Part shown: piece by piece, positions 18,914 through 30,224 of the stretch | Layout of the letters: each line of letters opens with the position of its first letter | Numbering within the stretch: the stretch's first letter is position 1 | From: an uncultured Chlamydiales bacterium | GTDB lineage: Bacteria > Chlamydiota > Chlamydiia > Chlamydiales > Rhabdochlamydiaceae | DNA: 64,000 nucleotides | Assembly: GCA_963700985.1 (NCBI GenBank) | Contig: OY969554.1 | Coordinates: 1,152,001 to 1,216,000, forward strand | Reading direction: 5' to 3' | Made by a program: the position numbers and the translations under genes | The notes under the pieces: generated by a model | The model's database searches: none | What the model was told of the DNA's origin: nothing | What the model saw: only the letters and a program-made list of their open reading frames with translations

Positions 18914-20311
18914 ATGTCGACAGTAGAAGTGGTAGAGCAACGTCAATCTCCTTTGACGAAGTACCCATCTGCAAGCTGGCGGGAACTTTTCAAGCTTTCA
19001 TTGCCACTTATTGCCGTACTTCTATCTGGCTGCTTGATGAGTTTTTGCGATCGCCTCTTCCTCGCGCATGCCTCTTTTGAGGCCTTCGAGGGGTGCGTGA
19101 ACGCCGCTTACCTATGCATGCTCTTTCAGCTGCCCTGTATTCGCATAAGCAGCATGGCGCAGATCTTCATCGGCTTTCACAAAGGAGCCAATCGCGCCCA
19201 GCTCATCGGAGAGTGTGTGTGGCAAATGATCTGGTTCTCAGTATTTTCTATGCTGATCACTTTCCCAATCAGCCAATTTACAGGTTCATTCTTTCTGGGT
19301 GGCACTGCTATCGAAAAGCCTGCCATGACCTATTTCCAATGCCTTATGTCGGCGAATTTTCTTTTCCCTCTAGGAGCTGCACTCTCCTCATTTTATATCG
19401 CTGAGGGCAAAACAAAAGTGCTCTTTCTCTCCACACTCTGCGCACAGCTATTGAACATCGGCCTTGATTACCTGCTTATTTTTGGAATAGATGGTGTTCT
19501 GGCACCACAGGGTATTTTTGGAGCAGCAATTGCCACCGTCATTGCGCAAGGTTCCTTTTGTGCCATTCTATTTGGAATTTTTTTAAAACGGCGCTATCGC
19601 GATCAATACGCTACGCACAACTACACCTTTAAATGGAAACCCTTCTGGCATTACGTACAAGTGGGCATTCCACGCGCTATTGCGCGTTTAAGCGTTCTGG
19701 TAGCCTGGGCGGCTACAGCTCGTCTAATGACGCTTAAGGGCGGGGATTTCTTAATTGTGCTTTCAGTTGGTGGAACGCTCTTTTTAGTTTTTGCTTTTAT
19801 TAATGAAGGCTTGGGTCAAGCCATCATGACAATTGCCTCAAGGTTGATCGGCGCTAAAGAATATCTATCTCTGCGTAAATTACGGCGCTCGGCTTTTCTT
19901 TTCCTTACACTTTGCATGGCGCTCCTCACACTGCCTTTTATAGTTTTCCCAGATCTTCTTCTCTCTTTCTTTTTTTCAGAGCCTCCATCACTCTCAACAC
20001 AAGCTCTGCTCCACCGTGGGTGCTTTTGGATCTGGATCGCCCTGTTCTGCAATGGTTTCAATATGATTGGCTTTGGCCTGATTTCAGCCGCGTGTGATAC
20101 AGTTTTCCATATGATGGTCAATAGTTTGGTTTGGCTAACAAGCTACCTTCCTGTCTATCTGATCTATGAGCTAACCAACTGCCCACCTGACATCTTTTGG
20201 CTTGTCATTGCGCTTGAAGCGTTCTTGATCGGCCTCATCTTCCATTGGAGAGTAAATCGTAATCACAGCGAACACTCCTCCTTCGAGAAATGCCACGTTG
20301 ATCTCCTCTAG
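18914..20311 (+). CDS. MATE-family efflux transporter
   Basis: LSLP..., DRLFL, LNIGLDYLLIFG...GIFGAAIATVIAQ. Confidence 0.88.
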   Translation: MSTVEVVEQRQSPLTKYPSASWRELFKLSLPLIAVLLSGCLMSFCDRLFLAHASFEAFEGCVNAAYLCMLFQLPCIRISSMAQIFIGFHKGANRAQLIGECVWQMIWFSVFSMLITFPISQFTGSFFLGGTAIEKPAMTYFQCLMSANFLFPLGAALSSFYIAEGKTKVLFLSTLCAQLLNIGLDYLLIFGIDGVLAPQGIFGAAIATVIAQGSFCAILFGIFLKRRYRDQYATHNYTFKWKPFWHYVQVGIPRAIARLSVLVAWAATARLMTLKGGDFLIVLSVGGTLFLVFAFINEGLGQAIMTIASRLIGAKEYLSLRKLRRSAFLFLTLCMALLTLPFIVFPDLLLSFFFSEPPSLSTQALLHRGCFWIWIALFCNGFNMIGFGLISAACDTVFHMMVNSLVWLTSYLPVYLIYELTNCPPDIFWLVIALEAFLIGLIFHWRVNRNHSEHSSFEKCHVDLL

Positions 20312-20410
20312 AAAACAAAATGATGTAAGAGACCAAAGGGAGTAAAAGAACAAAAAAACTTTTTTTGTCTCTTAGGCTTTAATGTTCTTCTGCTTTTCAC
20401 AGGGATGTGT

Positions 20411-20441
20411 AAAAAAAGCTCTCGCCTAGATAGCGAGAGCT
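20411..20441 (-). terminator. Intrinsic terminator for SH2-like gene
   Basis: A7 followed by GCTCTCGC...GCGAGAGC on + strand. Confidence 0.75.
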
Positions 20442-20458
20442 AAAGCTAGCAAATTAGC

Positions 20459-20845
20459 TTAGATAGAAAAGATAGGGCCTTTTAGCATGCGATAAGGCTT
20501 GCACTCTTCAGGAGCACAGTTCAACGCAATTGGAACAAGTTCGCTAATGCGTTCACGGGTCCTAGGACTACCATTGCGGTATAGCCAGCCACTAGCCGAA
20601 AGTTCAATTTTTACTGTTTTATGATGAACTGTTCCATCTGCTTCAACGTAAGAGAGGAAATAGTGGTACATATCTTTTCCAGGACGAAGCATGTAAATAA
20701 AAGGTGCTTCGTTAAGAAGCAGTCTTTCACTTGCAACTTCATCGAGTTCATTCCAAGCAGGATGTTGCTTGATCTCTGTAATTTTCTGCGACATCCATGT
20801 CATCTCCGTAAGGGACAGCGAAGCCTTATTTAAAATTCCTGACAT
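20459..20845 (-). CDS. Stand-alone SH2-like domain protein
   Basis: HPAW....SERLL....YMLRPG...YFLSY....VHH..V.......Y.......ISELV mirrors SH2 order; AGGAGG RBS. Confidence 0.65.
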   Translation of the reverse strand: MSGILNKASLSLTEMTWMSQKITEIKQHPAWNELDEVASERLLLNEAPFIYMLRPGKDMYHYFLSYVEADGTVHHKTVKIELSASGWLYRNGSPRTRERISELVPIALNCAPEECKPYRMLKGPIFSI

Positions 20846-21027
20846 ATCAACCTCCTACATACAAGGTCATTTCATTGAACATCATTACCTGGCTTGCCCA
20901 GGGGGCCATTTATGAATGCATGCGTGTTTTGTTTGCGCAGCGATTCATAAAGAATCGGCAAGGATTATGTGAGTTAAAAATAAAATTGCAAGAAAAAAAC
21001 AGAAAAAAGTTTGAATGTGAAAAAAAA

Positions 21028-24000
21028 TTATGGTGTTGCGATGTTTGCAGTGGAAAAATCTACATGCCCTGTCTTTGGGTTGACGGCTACTTTTAAGCGC
21101 TGTTTACGCTGGAACTGCTGCACTTCATAATAAATCGGAATGATCGGCATCTCGTGCAGAAGGATCTCTTCTGCTTCGCGCAAATAGTTAAGCCGTTGCG
21201 TGCGATCTACCTCTTTGTCCGCGGCATCAAGGCGCTTCTGGTAACGCTCATCTTCCCACTGAGCAAAGTTGACTTTCTCAGAGGCATACCGGAAAGCATT
21301 TAAAGTATAGATTGGATCGTTAATCCACGACTTCCAGCTTATGCCTCCAATTTGGTAATCACCATGTGTCATTTTATCGAAAATAGTATTCCATTCATAA
21401 CTATCAACGCGGCAATGAATCCCAAAAAGTTTTTGCCATTGACGAGCAATGAGTGGTGCGGCCTTGTCAGCTATACCTCCCTTAGTTTGAATAAGAGTAA
21501 TCACTGGAAACTCTTCGCGCGTTATACCTAGCTCCTGTAATGACTCTTCAAAAAGGCGAAGAGCACTCTCACTATCACCATCGACTATTCCTTGGTCATG
21601 AAGCTGTGTGAGGACAAGAGGTAAGGGAGTTATCGCACTTGAACCATCATATCGCAGCTCTTCGATAAGAGACTTTCGATTTAACGCATAGGCGAGAGCC
21701 CTTCTGAGTTTTGGGTGATTAAAAGGAAAAAGCCTAACGTTGAAGACATACCAAAAGATTCGCGGAGTTGAACAATACTCTGCTTTACCCGCTAAGCCTG
21801 TCGTAAATGAAGGGTCCCAAGCTCTTAGAGGACGTCCCACCCAATCGGTTTCGTCATTCTTAAACATCTGAAGGGCCGTATAACTATCATTTTGCGTTAC
21901 AAGCACCTGATCAAGTGAGACTCGTTCTTTATCCCAGTAAAGAGGATTTCTAATCAGTTCATAGCCGTGAGTTACACTACGCTTCTTTAGTTGGAAAGGA
22001 CCATTACAAACATATCCTCGGCCCTCCTGATCTGACCAATTTGGATGGATTTTATCAATCTTATGATTCACAGGAGTATACAAGGTGAGAGCAGCGAGTT
22101 CTAAAAAGTAAGGCGCGGGGTTTTCAAGTTCTACCACGAGCGTACGTTCATTCAGAGCTTTAACTCCAACCTCATCAAGAGAAACACTTCCTTCTTTCGC
22201 GTTTTTGGCATTTTTAATCGCATAGAAGAGATACGCAAAAGTTGTAGAAAAACCCGGCGAAAGAATTTTCTTCCAAGAATACTCAAAATCAAAAGCAGTG
22301 ACAGGATCGCTATTTGTCCAGAGACTATCACGCAAATGAAAGGTATATTGCCGCTTGTCAGCCGAAATCTCAAAACTTTTGGCCAGCGCACACGCTGGTT
22401 TGCCATCGCTGCCAATGCGCATGAGCCCCTCAAAGAGCAGTTCGATGAGTCGTTCAGAGTCTTCGTCCCCTCCGATACGCGGATCAAGCGAGATCGGAAA
22501 GTAAAGATAACTTAAACGCAAGATCTGCTGACTACAGATTTTATGCTGCCAGGTAGATAAGGCCAGCTTTATTATATCTAAAAACTTGCGCTGCCGTTCT
22601 GGGTCGGAGCAATCGTAAATGAAACCGCTGCAATATGACCCTTGAATATCTACGTGCGTAGAACAAAGAGATTTTGGAAAAAGCTCAAGTTCACTCAAGC
22701 TACGCTGAATATACTCTCTAAATGAGACCTCTCGGGCGCGAATCAGCACAAAAGTATTCTCGCCCCTCTTCTCGCTTTTAAAGACGTAACTTTCTCTCTT
22801 GGGAAGCTCTTCTGAGATAGCTTCTAAGAGTAGGCGGAAAAGGGTATGGAGCTGCTCAAGCGGCAATGTAGCTTGGATCTCAATTGGAGTAAGCGCATAG
22901 AAAAAATCTTCCAGAAGATCGGGATGATGAAGCGATGTAACTGGAAATGCCTCTTTAAGTTGAGAAAACTGCTCGACCTGTTGAAGAATCATTCCTCCAT
23001 TATAATCGCGCACCTCACCCACTGCCTTGTTTAAGATCTCCATCACATTCTGGCGAGCGAGATAAAAGTTAACCGAAGAGTCAGCGCGTAAAAGTGAAGA
23101 TTCTTTTGGAATACGCAGGCGGAAAGTGTTTGCTTCTTTGGGATACTTCTTACGCAAATACCCAACGATTTGGACGCGGTCTATTTGGAAATCTGCAGAT
23201 TCATCCCCTTCGCGAAAGAGCTGATCTAAAGATTTAGCATTCTTATGCAGAAGTCTGACTAGCACAATCGTAAAAACTAGATCGCTACCGGATTGCTGCT
23301 CTAAGGTAATCATCACTTGCGGAAGATCTGAGAAATATTTCAACTCTTGGCTTAAGATCAGAATGTTCTTCATGATCTCTTCTTCATTGCGCATCATGAA
23401 CACAGCAGGAATGAGTTTTTCTACGCTCGCTTTAAGTTCGTTCGGCAACAGCCTTTTAAGCATTCCCCTTTCATGTACATCGATTGGTTCGCCATTTCGC
23501 TTTTCAATCTCAAGATAAAGGGTGCGAATCATGTCATGTGGAGACTGATAGACATAAAAAGAGCCTTTTACCGATTGCACGTGAGGAATGATCTTTTGAA
23601 CCGCTAGTAGAATATGTTTCTCTTCAAAGAACTCATTACGATCGAGCAGACAGATTCCAATCATGAGTCCGACTACTGATTTTGTGCCAAAAAGGAATTG
23701 TAAACGCGTCTGGGCCAAACGCAACTTGAGATGCCGCTCGTTTGGAAAGAGGGCTACAGAACGCGCAATGAACTTACGCTTTATATGATGTGCGGCAAGC
23801 ACTTTAGCTAGGTGTCTTGAAGATCTACTTTCCAAAAACTCTTTCGATGAGAGAGCCAGAAGCCGTTTTAGCTCCATGAAAATTGTCTGATCGAAGAGGT
23901 GGGGAAATTTTTTGATGAGGTTTGCGAGATCTTGAAAGATTAGGGGCGCCTTGAAATCATCGGAAAGATTTTTTACTTCAAGATAGCTGCGTGCAAGATG

Positions 24001-24525
24001 AGGAGCACGCATTGCCTGCCGAACTTCTTGAGTGAGTTGCGGCATGTTGTTTTTGAAATCATTGAGCTGCATGGCATCATCCGCGAGGATCTTGACGTGC
24101 ATACCGAGAAAGCTCTCATGCGGTAAATTCTCGAAATGGAAATAGAGATGCTGTGTCGAGAGAATGCTGATTTCTTTATTAGGGATAAGGCGAGTGTGCA
24201 GAAACTGTACAAGCAGTGTTTCTGCTTTATATTGCTTTGATGCCCGGCAGAAGAGAAAAAGCGAGAAAATCTCTGGCACAGTGTCGGGCAACTTTGCGGT
24301 AACGAGAGGAAAAACATCTTCGACCCAGGTAAGAAAATCGTGCTCATCTTCAAAGCAGCTGCGTTTCGGCACGATCTCGCCTAAAACTTCCTCAAAGGAG
24401 CGCAAATACTCCTCTAGAAGAGGAGCGTTTTTTTGATTGCCGAATTGCGGACGGATCCTCCAAAGAAAACATTGCGCGCTATTTTCTTTTGGGGTCCGCG
24501 AAAGTGGAGAGTCTGTGTGCATCAA
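21028..24525 (-). CDS. Fusion of ~670-aa uncharacterised N-terminal region to an OppA-like (SBP family 5) domain; no signal peptide
   Basis: C-terminal SLDP, LFEGL, YTFHLR, W.N.DPVTA.DF.YSW, NGPF, N.Y W, PIIPIY motifs. Confidence 0.8.
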   Translation of the reverse strand: MMHTDSPLSRTPKENSAQCFLWRIRPQFGNQKNAPLLEEYLRSFEEVLGEIVPKRSCFEDEHDFLTWVEDVFPLVTAKLPDTVPEIFSLFLFCRASKQYKAETLLVQFLHTRLIPNKEISILSTQHLYFHFENLPHESFLGMHVKILADDAMQLNDFKNNMPQLTQEVRQAMRAPHLARSYLEVKNLSDDFKAPLIFQDLANLIKKFPHLFDQTIFMELKRLLALSSKEFLESRSSRHLAKVLAAHHIKRKFIARSVALFPNERHLKLRLAQTRLQFLFGTKSVVGLMIGICLLDRNEFFEEKHILLAVQKIIPHVQSVKGSFYVYQSPHDMIRTLYLEIEKRNGEPIDVHERGMLKRLLPNELKASVEKLIPAVFMMRNEEEIMKNILILSQELKYFSDLPQVMITLEQQSGSDLVFTIVLVRLLHKNAKSLDQLFREGDESADFQIDRVQIVGYLRKKYPKEANTFRLRIPKESSLLRADSSVNFYLARQNVMEILNKAVGEVRDYNGGMILQQVEQFSQLKEAFPVTSLHHPDLLEDFFYALTPIEIQATLPLEQLHTLFRLLLEAISEELPKRESYVFKSEKRGENTFVLIRAREVSFREYIQRSLSELELFPKSLCSTHVDIQGSYCSGFIYDCSDPERQRKFLDIIKLALSTWQHKICSQQILRLSYLYFPISLDPRIGGDEDSERLIELLFEGLMRIGSDGKPACALAKSFEISADKRQYTFHLRDSLWTNSDPVTAFDFEYSWKKILSPGFSTTFAYLFYAIKNAKNAKEGSVSLDEVGVKALNERTLVVELENPAPYFLELAALTLYTPVNHKIDKIHPNWSDQEGRGYVCNGPFQLKKRSVTHGYELIRNPLYWDKERVSLDQVLVTQNDSYTALQMFKNDETDWVGRPLRAWDPSFTTGLAGKAEYCSTPRIFWYVFNVRLFPFNHPKLRRALAYALNRKSLIEELRYDGSSAITPLPLVLTQLHDQGIVDGDSESALRLFEESLQELGITREEFPVITLIQTKGGIADKAAPLIARQWQKLFGIHCRVDSYEWNTIFDKMTHGDYQIGGISWKSWINDPIYTLNAFRYASEKVNFAQWEDERYQKRLDAADKEVDRTQRLNYLREAEEILLHEMPIIPIYYEVQQFQRKQRLKVAVNPKTGHVDFSTANIATP

Positions 24526-24638
24526 TTAAGTCAGTTCTGGTGAAGACTATTAAAAAGACAAAAAAGATTTATTTAAATACTTATTTCATCTACTCTAGCG
24601 TTTTCTACTACAAGTTTAACGGAAAGAGAACTCTTTCG

Positions 24639-26279
24639 ATGCTCTTTTTTAAAAAAATAATATCACCTAAACTTAAGACAGCCCTGTTATTTATGTGTCT
24701 ATTTGCATTTCTAGGATGCAGCAAAAATGACAATAGCTCTACATCTTCAAAAAAGTCATCCGGAGATCTTCTTCCAATTAGCTTTGGAACAGAAATCCGC
24801 TCTCTAGATCCGAGCATCGGCATCGATGGTCAGTCCCAGGTTACCATTAAGATGCTTTTTGAAGGACTTATGACATTTGACTTAAAGGGGAATTTAATCC
24901 CAGCTCTTGCTAGGAGTTACAACATTTCTGCAGATCTTAAAACCTACACGTTTACTTTACGTGACTGCAATTGGTCAAATGGTGAACCGATCACTGCATA
25001 TGACTTTGAATATTCCTGGAAAAAAATAATTGGGGGGAATGGAAAGGGATCATCTGTACATAACTACTACCCAATCAAAAACGTTCGAAGCATTATCAAA
25101 GGTGAAAAAAGTGTGGATGAAGCAGGAGTGAAGGCTATAGACGCCAAAACTTTCGTTGTCGAGCTAGAATATCCCGCTCCTTATTTCCTTGAAGCTGTGG
25201 CGACTTGTTCATTTTTTCCTGTAAATGCTAAAATAGACAAAACTTATCCTGAATGGGTAACGCAGGTGGGTGATCTTTTTATCTGTAGTGGCCCTTTCGT
25301 ACTTGAAAAACACAAACATAATGATGAGCTCATTCTGCTCAAAAATCCGGAATATTGGGATGCTGAGCATGTTAAACTCCCCGGCATCAAAATTGCCATT
25401 GTCAAAGAAGCCAACACTCAGCTCATCATGTATGAAAAGGGAGAGTTAGCATGGATAGGCAAACCATTTTCATTACTTCCTCCTGATGCTGTTCCTACAC
25501 TTAAAAACCATCATGAGTTCTGCTTTGTACCTTCTATGGGCGTACACTGGTATTTCATTAACACTGGAATCTTTCCTTTTAATAATAAAAAAATGAGGAA
25601 GGCATTTTCATATGCGATCGATCGCAAAAAAATTACAGATCATGTTGTACAAACAGGAGAGGAGCCAGCTTTTGGAGTTCTTCCTAAAACTTTAGAAATA
25701 AGCTCTGTTCCTTATTTTTCCGATAATAACCTTACTGAAGCCCGAAAGCTCTTTGCGGAAGCTTTGCAAGAATTAGGCATCACAAAAGAGCAACTACCCC
25801 AAATCGTTTTAAGCTATCATACCCACGAGTACCATCAGCGCACCGCACAAGTCATCCAAGAGCAGTGGGAAAATGCTTTTGGCATCCAGGTTAAGCTTGA
25901 ACAAGAAGAATGGAAGGTCCACTATCAAAAACTGCTAAGCGGTAATTATCAAATCGGCTGCATGAGCTGGCATTCCTGGCTGCGCGATCCGATCTACATC
26001 ATGCAGACCTTCCGCTACCGCTTTGATGGGATTAACATGTCTCGCTGGGAAAATCCTCAATATCAGCGCCTATTAGACGCCGCCGAACAAGAGTCTAACA
26101 AAGAAAAACGCCGCGCGATCTTTTTTGAAGCTGAAAAGCTGCTCATGGAAGAGATGCCCATCATCCCAATCTATTTTACCTCGATCTGCTACGCCAAAAA
26201 AAATGGTTTAAAAGACGTCTATGTATCTGATCTTAACCAGATCGATTTTCGCTGGGCTTCCTTTGAAGATCAGCATTAG
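24639..26279 (+). CDS. oppA: Oligopeptide ABC transporter substrate-binding lipoprotein
   Basis: Lipobox FLGC; SLDP, LFEGL, WSNGEPITAYDFEYSW, PIIPIY. Confidence 0.9.
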   Translation: MLFFKKIISPKLKTALLFMCLFAFLGCSKNDNSSTSSKKSSGDLLPISFGTEIRSLDPSIGIDGQSQVTIKMLFEGLMTFDLKGNLIPALARSYNISADLKTYTFTLRDCNWSNGEPITAYDFEYSWKKIIGGNGKGSSVHNYYPIKNVRSIIKGEKSVDEAGVKAIDAKTFVVELEYPAPYFLEAVATCSFFPVNAKIDKTYPEWVTQVGDLFICSGPFVLEKHKHNDELILLKNPEYWDAEHVKLPGIKIAIVKEANTQLIMYEKGELAWIGKPFSLLPPDAVPTLKNHHEFCFVPSMGVHWYFINTGIFPFNNKKMRKAFSYAIDRKKITDHVVQTGEEPAFGVLPKTLEISSVPYFSDNNLTEARKLFAEALQELGITKEQLPQIVLSYHTHEYHQRTAQVIQEQWENAFGIQVKLEQEEWKVHYQKLLSGNYQIGCMSWHSWLRDPIYIMQTFRYRFDGINMSRWENPQYQRLLDAAEQESNKEKRRAIFFEAEKLLMEEMPIIPIYFTSICYAKKNGLKDVYVSDLNQIDFRWASFEDQH

Positions 26280-27917
26280 TTATTCCTGCTCATCCACTCT
26301 CTGTCCACTTTGTCTTTGAAAAGTCTTAATCCCTAAGAGCTGAAGCATTTCATCTGAGCGAACAAGCCAAGCAAAGCCGATCAAGGAGCTGAGAAAGAGT
26401 AAGCCCAAAGCTCCACAATGAAGCATTTGAGCTGAAAGATCTGTTGAAAAAACCACTTCTTTTCCGGTTATAACCGCCAGCGTTGGGTCGTTAAAAAAGA
26501 AATATCCCGCAAAAAGCGTCAAGGTAGAGGCGGAAAGTGTGGCCACGCTAATTTTGATCAAGCCACGTAGAAATGTGCGATCGAAAAGTGAGCCTATGTG
26601 CTGTTGCAAATGTTTTTTGAGATAGAGGAAGTTGAACGCGGCAGCCACGCTTGTGGCAACTGCAATGGCCGAGGCTCCCCAATGGAATAAATAGACGAGA
26701 AGCGTATTGAGCAGGACATTCAGCAAAACGGACAGAATGGCGGCTTTGGTGGGCAATCTAAAATCTTTCCGAGCATAGAATGCTGGCGCGAGTAGCAGCA
26801 CAAAAACTGCAGGTATAAGACCAACTATATATCCCCAAAGGCACAGAAGTGTTTCATAGGTGGCGGTTTGAGTAAAGTCGCCATGTCCATAGAGCAGGTT
26901 AACTATGGCAGCTCCTCCCACAAACAGGGCAAAGGTAGCGGGGAGAATGAAGCTTAAACAGCGGATCAAAGAAGAGTGTAGCAGCTCTCGAAACTTCTCC
27001 CAGTCAGCCGCTTCGCCAGCACGAGATAGAGAAGGAAGAAGAGCTGAGGAGAGCGCGATGCCAAAAAGAGCTAAAGGCAGCTGATAGATGCGAATCGCAT
27101 ACCAGAGATACGCTGGTCCCTCAAGCGAAGCGGCGCGAGCAAAGAGCGCGTCAAGCGTACTATTAACTTGAACAGCTCCTATACCGGCTACTCCCAAGAA
27201 GAAAGGTGAGATGACGCGGCGCATCTCTGCTGAAAAAAGCTTAGGACGGAAAAATTCTTTTAGAGGTAGAGCCTTGCGGAAAAACTCCATGGTCTTTGGC
27301 GCTGTCATCATCCATTGCATGAAAAAAGCTAGAACGATTGCCACCGAAAGTGGTGCCATGGCTTGCATGGCCCCCCGCTCTTTTAGCCACCAGATACCAG
27401 CTATCCAGACAGCGTTGAAGGCCACAGGTGCAAACCCCGATAGAAAAAATTGCTTTTCGCACTGTAAGAGTGCCGCCCCCAAACCGAATAGGCAGATAAA
27501 CAGAATGCCAGGCATCATCAGCATCACTAATTGAAGAATCTGTGCTGTATTCTCCCCCACGCCGATTTTAAGCCAGCCCCACAGACCAACTTCGATGCTT
27601 AAAATTATCACTACCAACAAGACAAGTAAGGAGAAGAAAATGTCTCGAAAAAAACGCGCGCTTTTCTGTTCCGATTGAACGCGCAACGCTTCAAAGTGTG
27701 GAATGAAGCCGTTTGACATCTGCCCCTCACCGAAGAGCCTTCGAATGAGGTTGGAAAAGCGAAAAGCCACCATAAAAGCAGCGACAGCGGGATGGCTGCC
27801 AAAGCACCAGGCCATAGAGAGGTCGCGCAAAAGTCCGGTGACACGACTAAGCAGTGTCCCGGTTAAAAAGTGGAATGCAGATTTAAAAACTGTGGCGGAC
27901 GGCTCTTGTTGCTTCAC
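26280..27917 (-). CDS. murJ: Lipid II flippase MurJ/MviN
   Basis: SRVTGLLRD, AFRFSNLIRRLFGEG, YA.R.YQLP.ALFG. Confidence 0.93.
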   Translation of the reverse strand: MKQQEPSATVFKSAFHFLTGTLLSRVTGLLRDLSMAWCFGSHPAVAAFMVAFRFSNLIRRLFGEGQMSNGFIPHFEALRVQSEQKSARFFRDIFFSLLVLLVVIILSIEVGLWGWLKIGVGENTAQILQLVMLMMPGILFICLFGLGAALLQCEKQFFLSGFAPVAFNAVWIAGIWWLKERGAMQAMAPLSVAIVLAFFMQWMMTAPKTMEFFRKALPLKEFFRPKLFSAEMRRVISPFFLGVAGIGAVQVNSTLDALFARAASLEGPAYLWYAIRIYQLPLALFGIALSSALLPSLSRAGEAADWEKFRELLHSSLIRCLSFILPATFALFVGGAAIVNLLYGHGDFTQTATYETLLCLWGYIVGLIPAVFVLLLAPAFYARKDFRLPTKAAILSVLLNVLLNTLLVYLFHWGASAIAVATSVAAAFNFLYLKKHLQQHIGSLFDRTFLRGLIKISVATLSASTLTLFAGYFFFNDPTLAVITGKEVVFSTDLSAQMLHCGALGLLFLSSLIGFAWLVRSDEMLQLLGIKTFQRQSGQRVDEQE

Positions 27918-27978
27918 TTAAAACCATTGTAAAGTTGCCTCTTTTCTCCTACAATTTAGCTTTTTTTGGAACCTAAAT

Positions 27979-28839
27979 ATGAAAAAAATTCCTGCGGATG
28001 AATTACTCCTCGGTGCGCATACCTCAATTGCAGGCGGCGTACATAAGGCTCTTTTAGAGGGGCAGTCGATCGGCGCCACCACAGTTCAGATCTTCACGAG
28101 TAACCAGCGCCAATGGGCTGGCAGGCCTATTCCCGAAGCTGAAGTCGCACTCTGGTTTAAAACATTAAAAGAGACTGGCCTGAAAAAGATCATGAGTCAT
28201 GATAGCTATCTGATCAATCTCGGTTCTACAAGTGACGATAGCCTGCAAAAAAGCCGCAATGCATTTAAAGAGGAAATTCAGCGCTGCCATTTGCTGGACA
28301 TCACCTACCTAAATTTTCATCCAGGCGCTGCACTTGATGGCACGGAAGAGCAGTGTTTAAACAGGATTTCCGAGAGCTTGCTCGAGATGGAGCCCTTACT
28401 CGCAAAAGGTTCTACACGGCTGCTTTTAGAAGCCACGGCAGGCCAAGGCTCTTCGGTGGGCTACAAATTCGAACATCTCGGCTACATCATCGATCGCGTG
28501 CATAAAAAAATTCCTGTGGGAGTTTGTATCGACACCTGCCATATTTTTTCTGCAGGCTACGACATTCGCACTAAGCAAGGCTGGGATGAGACGTTGAAAG
28601 ATTTTGAGCGCATTGTGGGCCTCAAACATCTCTATGCTTTTCACATAAACGATTCGATGAAACCCCTAGGTTCAAAACGCGATCGCCACGCTCCTTTGGG
28701 CAAAGGTGAAATCGGCTTGGAATGCTTCAACACCATGATGACCCATCCCGATATGCGCGATCTGCCTAAATATTTAGAAACTCCTTTCGGCCCCGACTTG
28801 TGGCGCGAAGAAATCCAAATGCTCAGAGGCCTTGCATGA
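27979..28839 (+). CDS. nfo: Endonuclease IV
   Basis: [33 protein letters not shown]. Confidence 0.96.
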   Translation: MKKIPADELLLGAHTSIAGGVHKALLEGQSIGATTVQIFTSNQRQWAGRPIPEAEVALWFKTLKETGLKKIMSHDSYLINLGSTSDDSLQKSRNAFKEEIQRCHLLDITYLNFHPGAALDGTEEQCLNRISESLLEMEPLLAKGSTRLLLEATAGQGSSVGYKFEHLGYIIDRVHKKIPVGVCIDTCHIFSAGYDIRTKQGWDETLKDFERIVGLKHLYAFHINDSMKPLGSKRDRHAPLGKGEIGLECFNTMMTHPDMRDLPKYLETPFGPDLWREEIQMLRGLA

Positions 28840-30224
28840 AACACACTAAAATTAAAATGATCCAACCGACTGATCTCGGAAAGACGCTCACTATATGCGG
28901 CTGGATTCGGACGATGCGAGAACAGAAGAACTTCGCCTTTCTCGAACTGAACGATGGATCTACTTTAGCTTCGCTGCAAGTGATTGTTGAGCCCTCCCTG
29001 CCCAATTATGCAGAACTGCTGCCCCAATTAACTACCGGAGCCTCCGTTGCCATTACGGGCACGCTTGTGGAAAGTCCTGGCCAGAAACAGAAGTGGGAAT
29101 TAAAGGCACACGAGATCCATCTTTTTGGAACCTGCAGCACGGAAGATTATCCCCTGCAAAAAAAGCGTCACTCATTTGAGTTCTTGCGCACCATTGCCCA
29201 CTTACGGCCACGTACAAACACGCAAGGCGCCGTTTTGCGCGTGCGCAATGCTCTTGCTACAGCTACGCATGCCTTTTTCCAAGAAAAAGGATTTCTCTAT
29301 GTGCATACGCCGATTATCACCGGTTCCGACTGCGAAGGCGGCGGCAAGCAGTTTGCAGTTTCAAGTCTTGATTTAAACAAGCCACCGCGCCTTTCAGATG
29401 GCTCTTTGGATTATTCTCAAGACTTCTTTGGCAAACCGACCTTCCTGACTGTTTCAGGGCAGCTGAACGGAGAAACAGTAGCCTGTGCGCTTTCTGATAT
29501 TTACACCTTCGGACCGACTTTCCGCGCTGAGCCCTCGCAAACCACTAGACACTTAGCTGAGTTTTGGATGATCGAACCAGAAATGGCTTTTGCAGACCTA
29601 GCTGACAATATGGATTGTGCTGAGAGCTATCTTAAGTTTGTGACCCAATATGCGCTTGAACATTGCAAGGAAGATCTAGAACTTTTCGATCAGTTCGTAG
29701 AAAAAGGGCTTCTAGCTCGCCTCACACACGTGGCAACCTCGCCTTTTGTGCGTCTCACTTATACTGAAGCTGTTGATATTCTGAAAAAATCAGGACGCAC
29801 GTTCAATTACCCTGTCGAATGGGGCATGGATTTGCAATCTGAACATGAGCGCTATCTGGCCGAAGAACACTGTAAAAAGCCTGTTATCCTCTATAACTAT
29901 CCAGAAAAAATTAAAGCTTTCTACATGCGCGCAAATGAAGATGGCAAGACGGTAGCTGCGATGGATGTGCTGGTGCCAAAAATTGGTGAAATCATCGGTG
30001 GCAGCCAGAGAGAAGAACGTCTTGATGTCTTGAAAAAGAAGATCGTCGATTTTGGCCTAAAGCCAGAAGACTACTGGTGGTATTTACAGCTCAGACAATA
30101 TGGCACAGTACCGCATGCAGGCTTCGGCGTTGGATTCGAGCGCCTCGTGCTTTTCATTACCGGCATGGAAAATATCCGCGATGTGATTCCTTTCCCACGT
30201 TTCATGGGTAGCGCTGAATTTTAA
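28836..30224 (+). CDS. asnS: Asparagine--tRNA ligase
   Basis: [43 protein letters not shown] overlap with nfo. Confidence 0.95.
   Translation: MKHTKIKMIQPTDLGKTLTICGWIRTMREQKNFAFLELNDGSTLASLQVIVEPSLPNYAELLPQLTTGASVAITGTLVESPGQKQKWELKAHEIHLFGTCSTEDYPLQKKRHSFEFLRTIAHLRPRTNTQGAVLRVRNALATATHAFFQEKGFLYVHTPIITGSDCEGGGKQFAVSSLDLNKPPRLSDGSLDYSQDFFGKPTFLTVSGQLNGETVACALSDIYTFGPTFRAEPSQTTRHLAEFWMIEPEMAFADLADNMDCAESYLKFVTQYALEHCKEDLELFDQFVEKGLLARLTHVATSPFVRLTYTEAVDILKKSGRTFNYPVEWGMDLQSEHERYLAEEHCKKPVILYNYPEKIKAFYMRANEDGKTVAAMDVLVPKIGEIIGGSQREERLDVLKKKIVDFGLKPEDYWWYLQLRQYGTVPHAGFGVGFERLVLFITGMENIRDVIPFPRFMGSAEF

Noticed and set aside
20312-20400. Purine-rich/pyrimidine-rich degenerate inverted repeat after the MATE gene
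   Set aside because: Only 6-7-bp matches in low-complexity sequence; too weak to assign to the IR families
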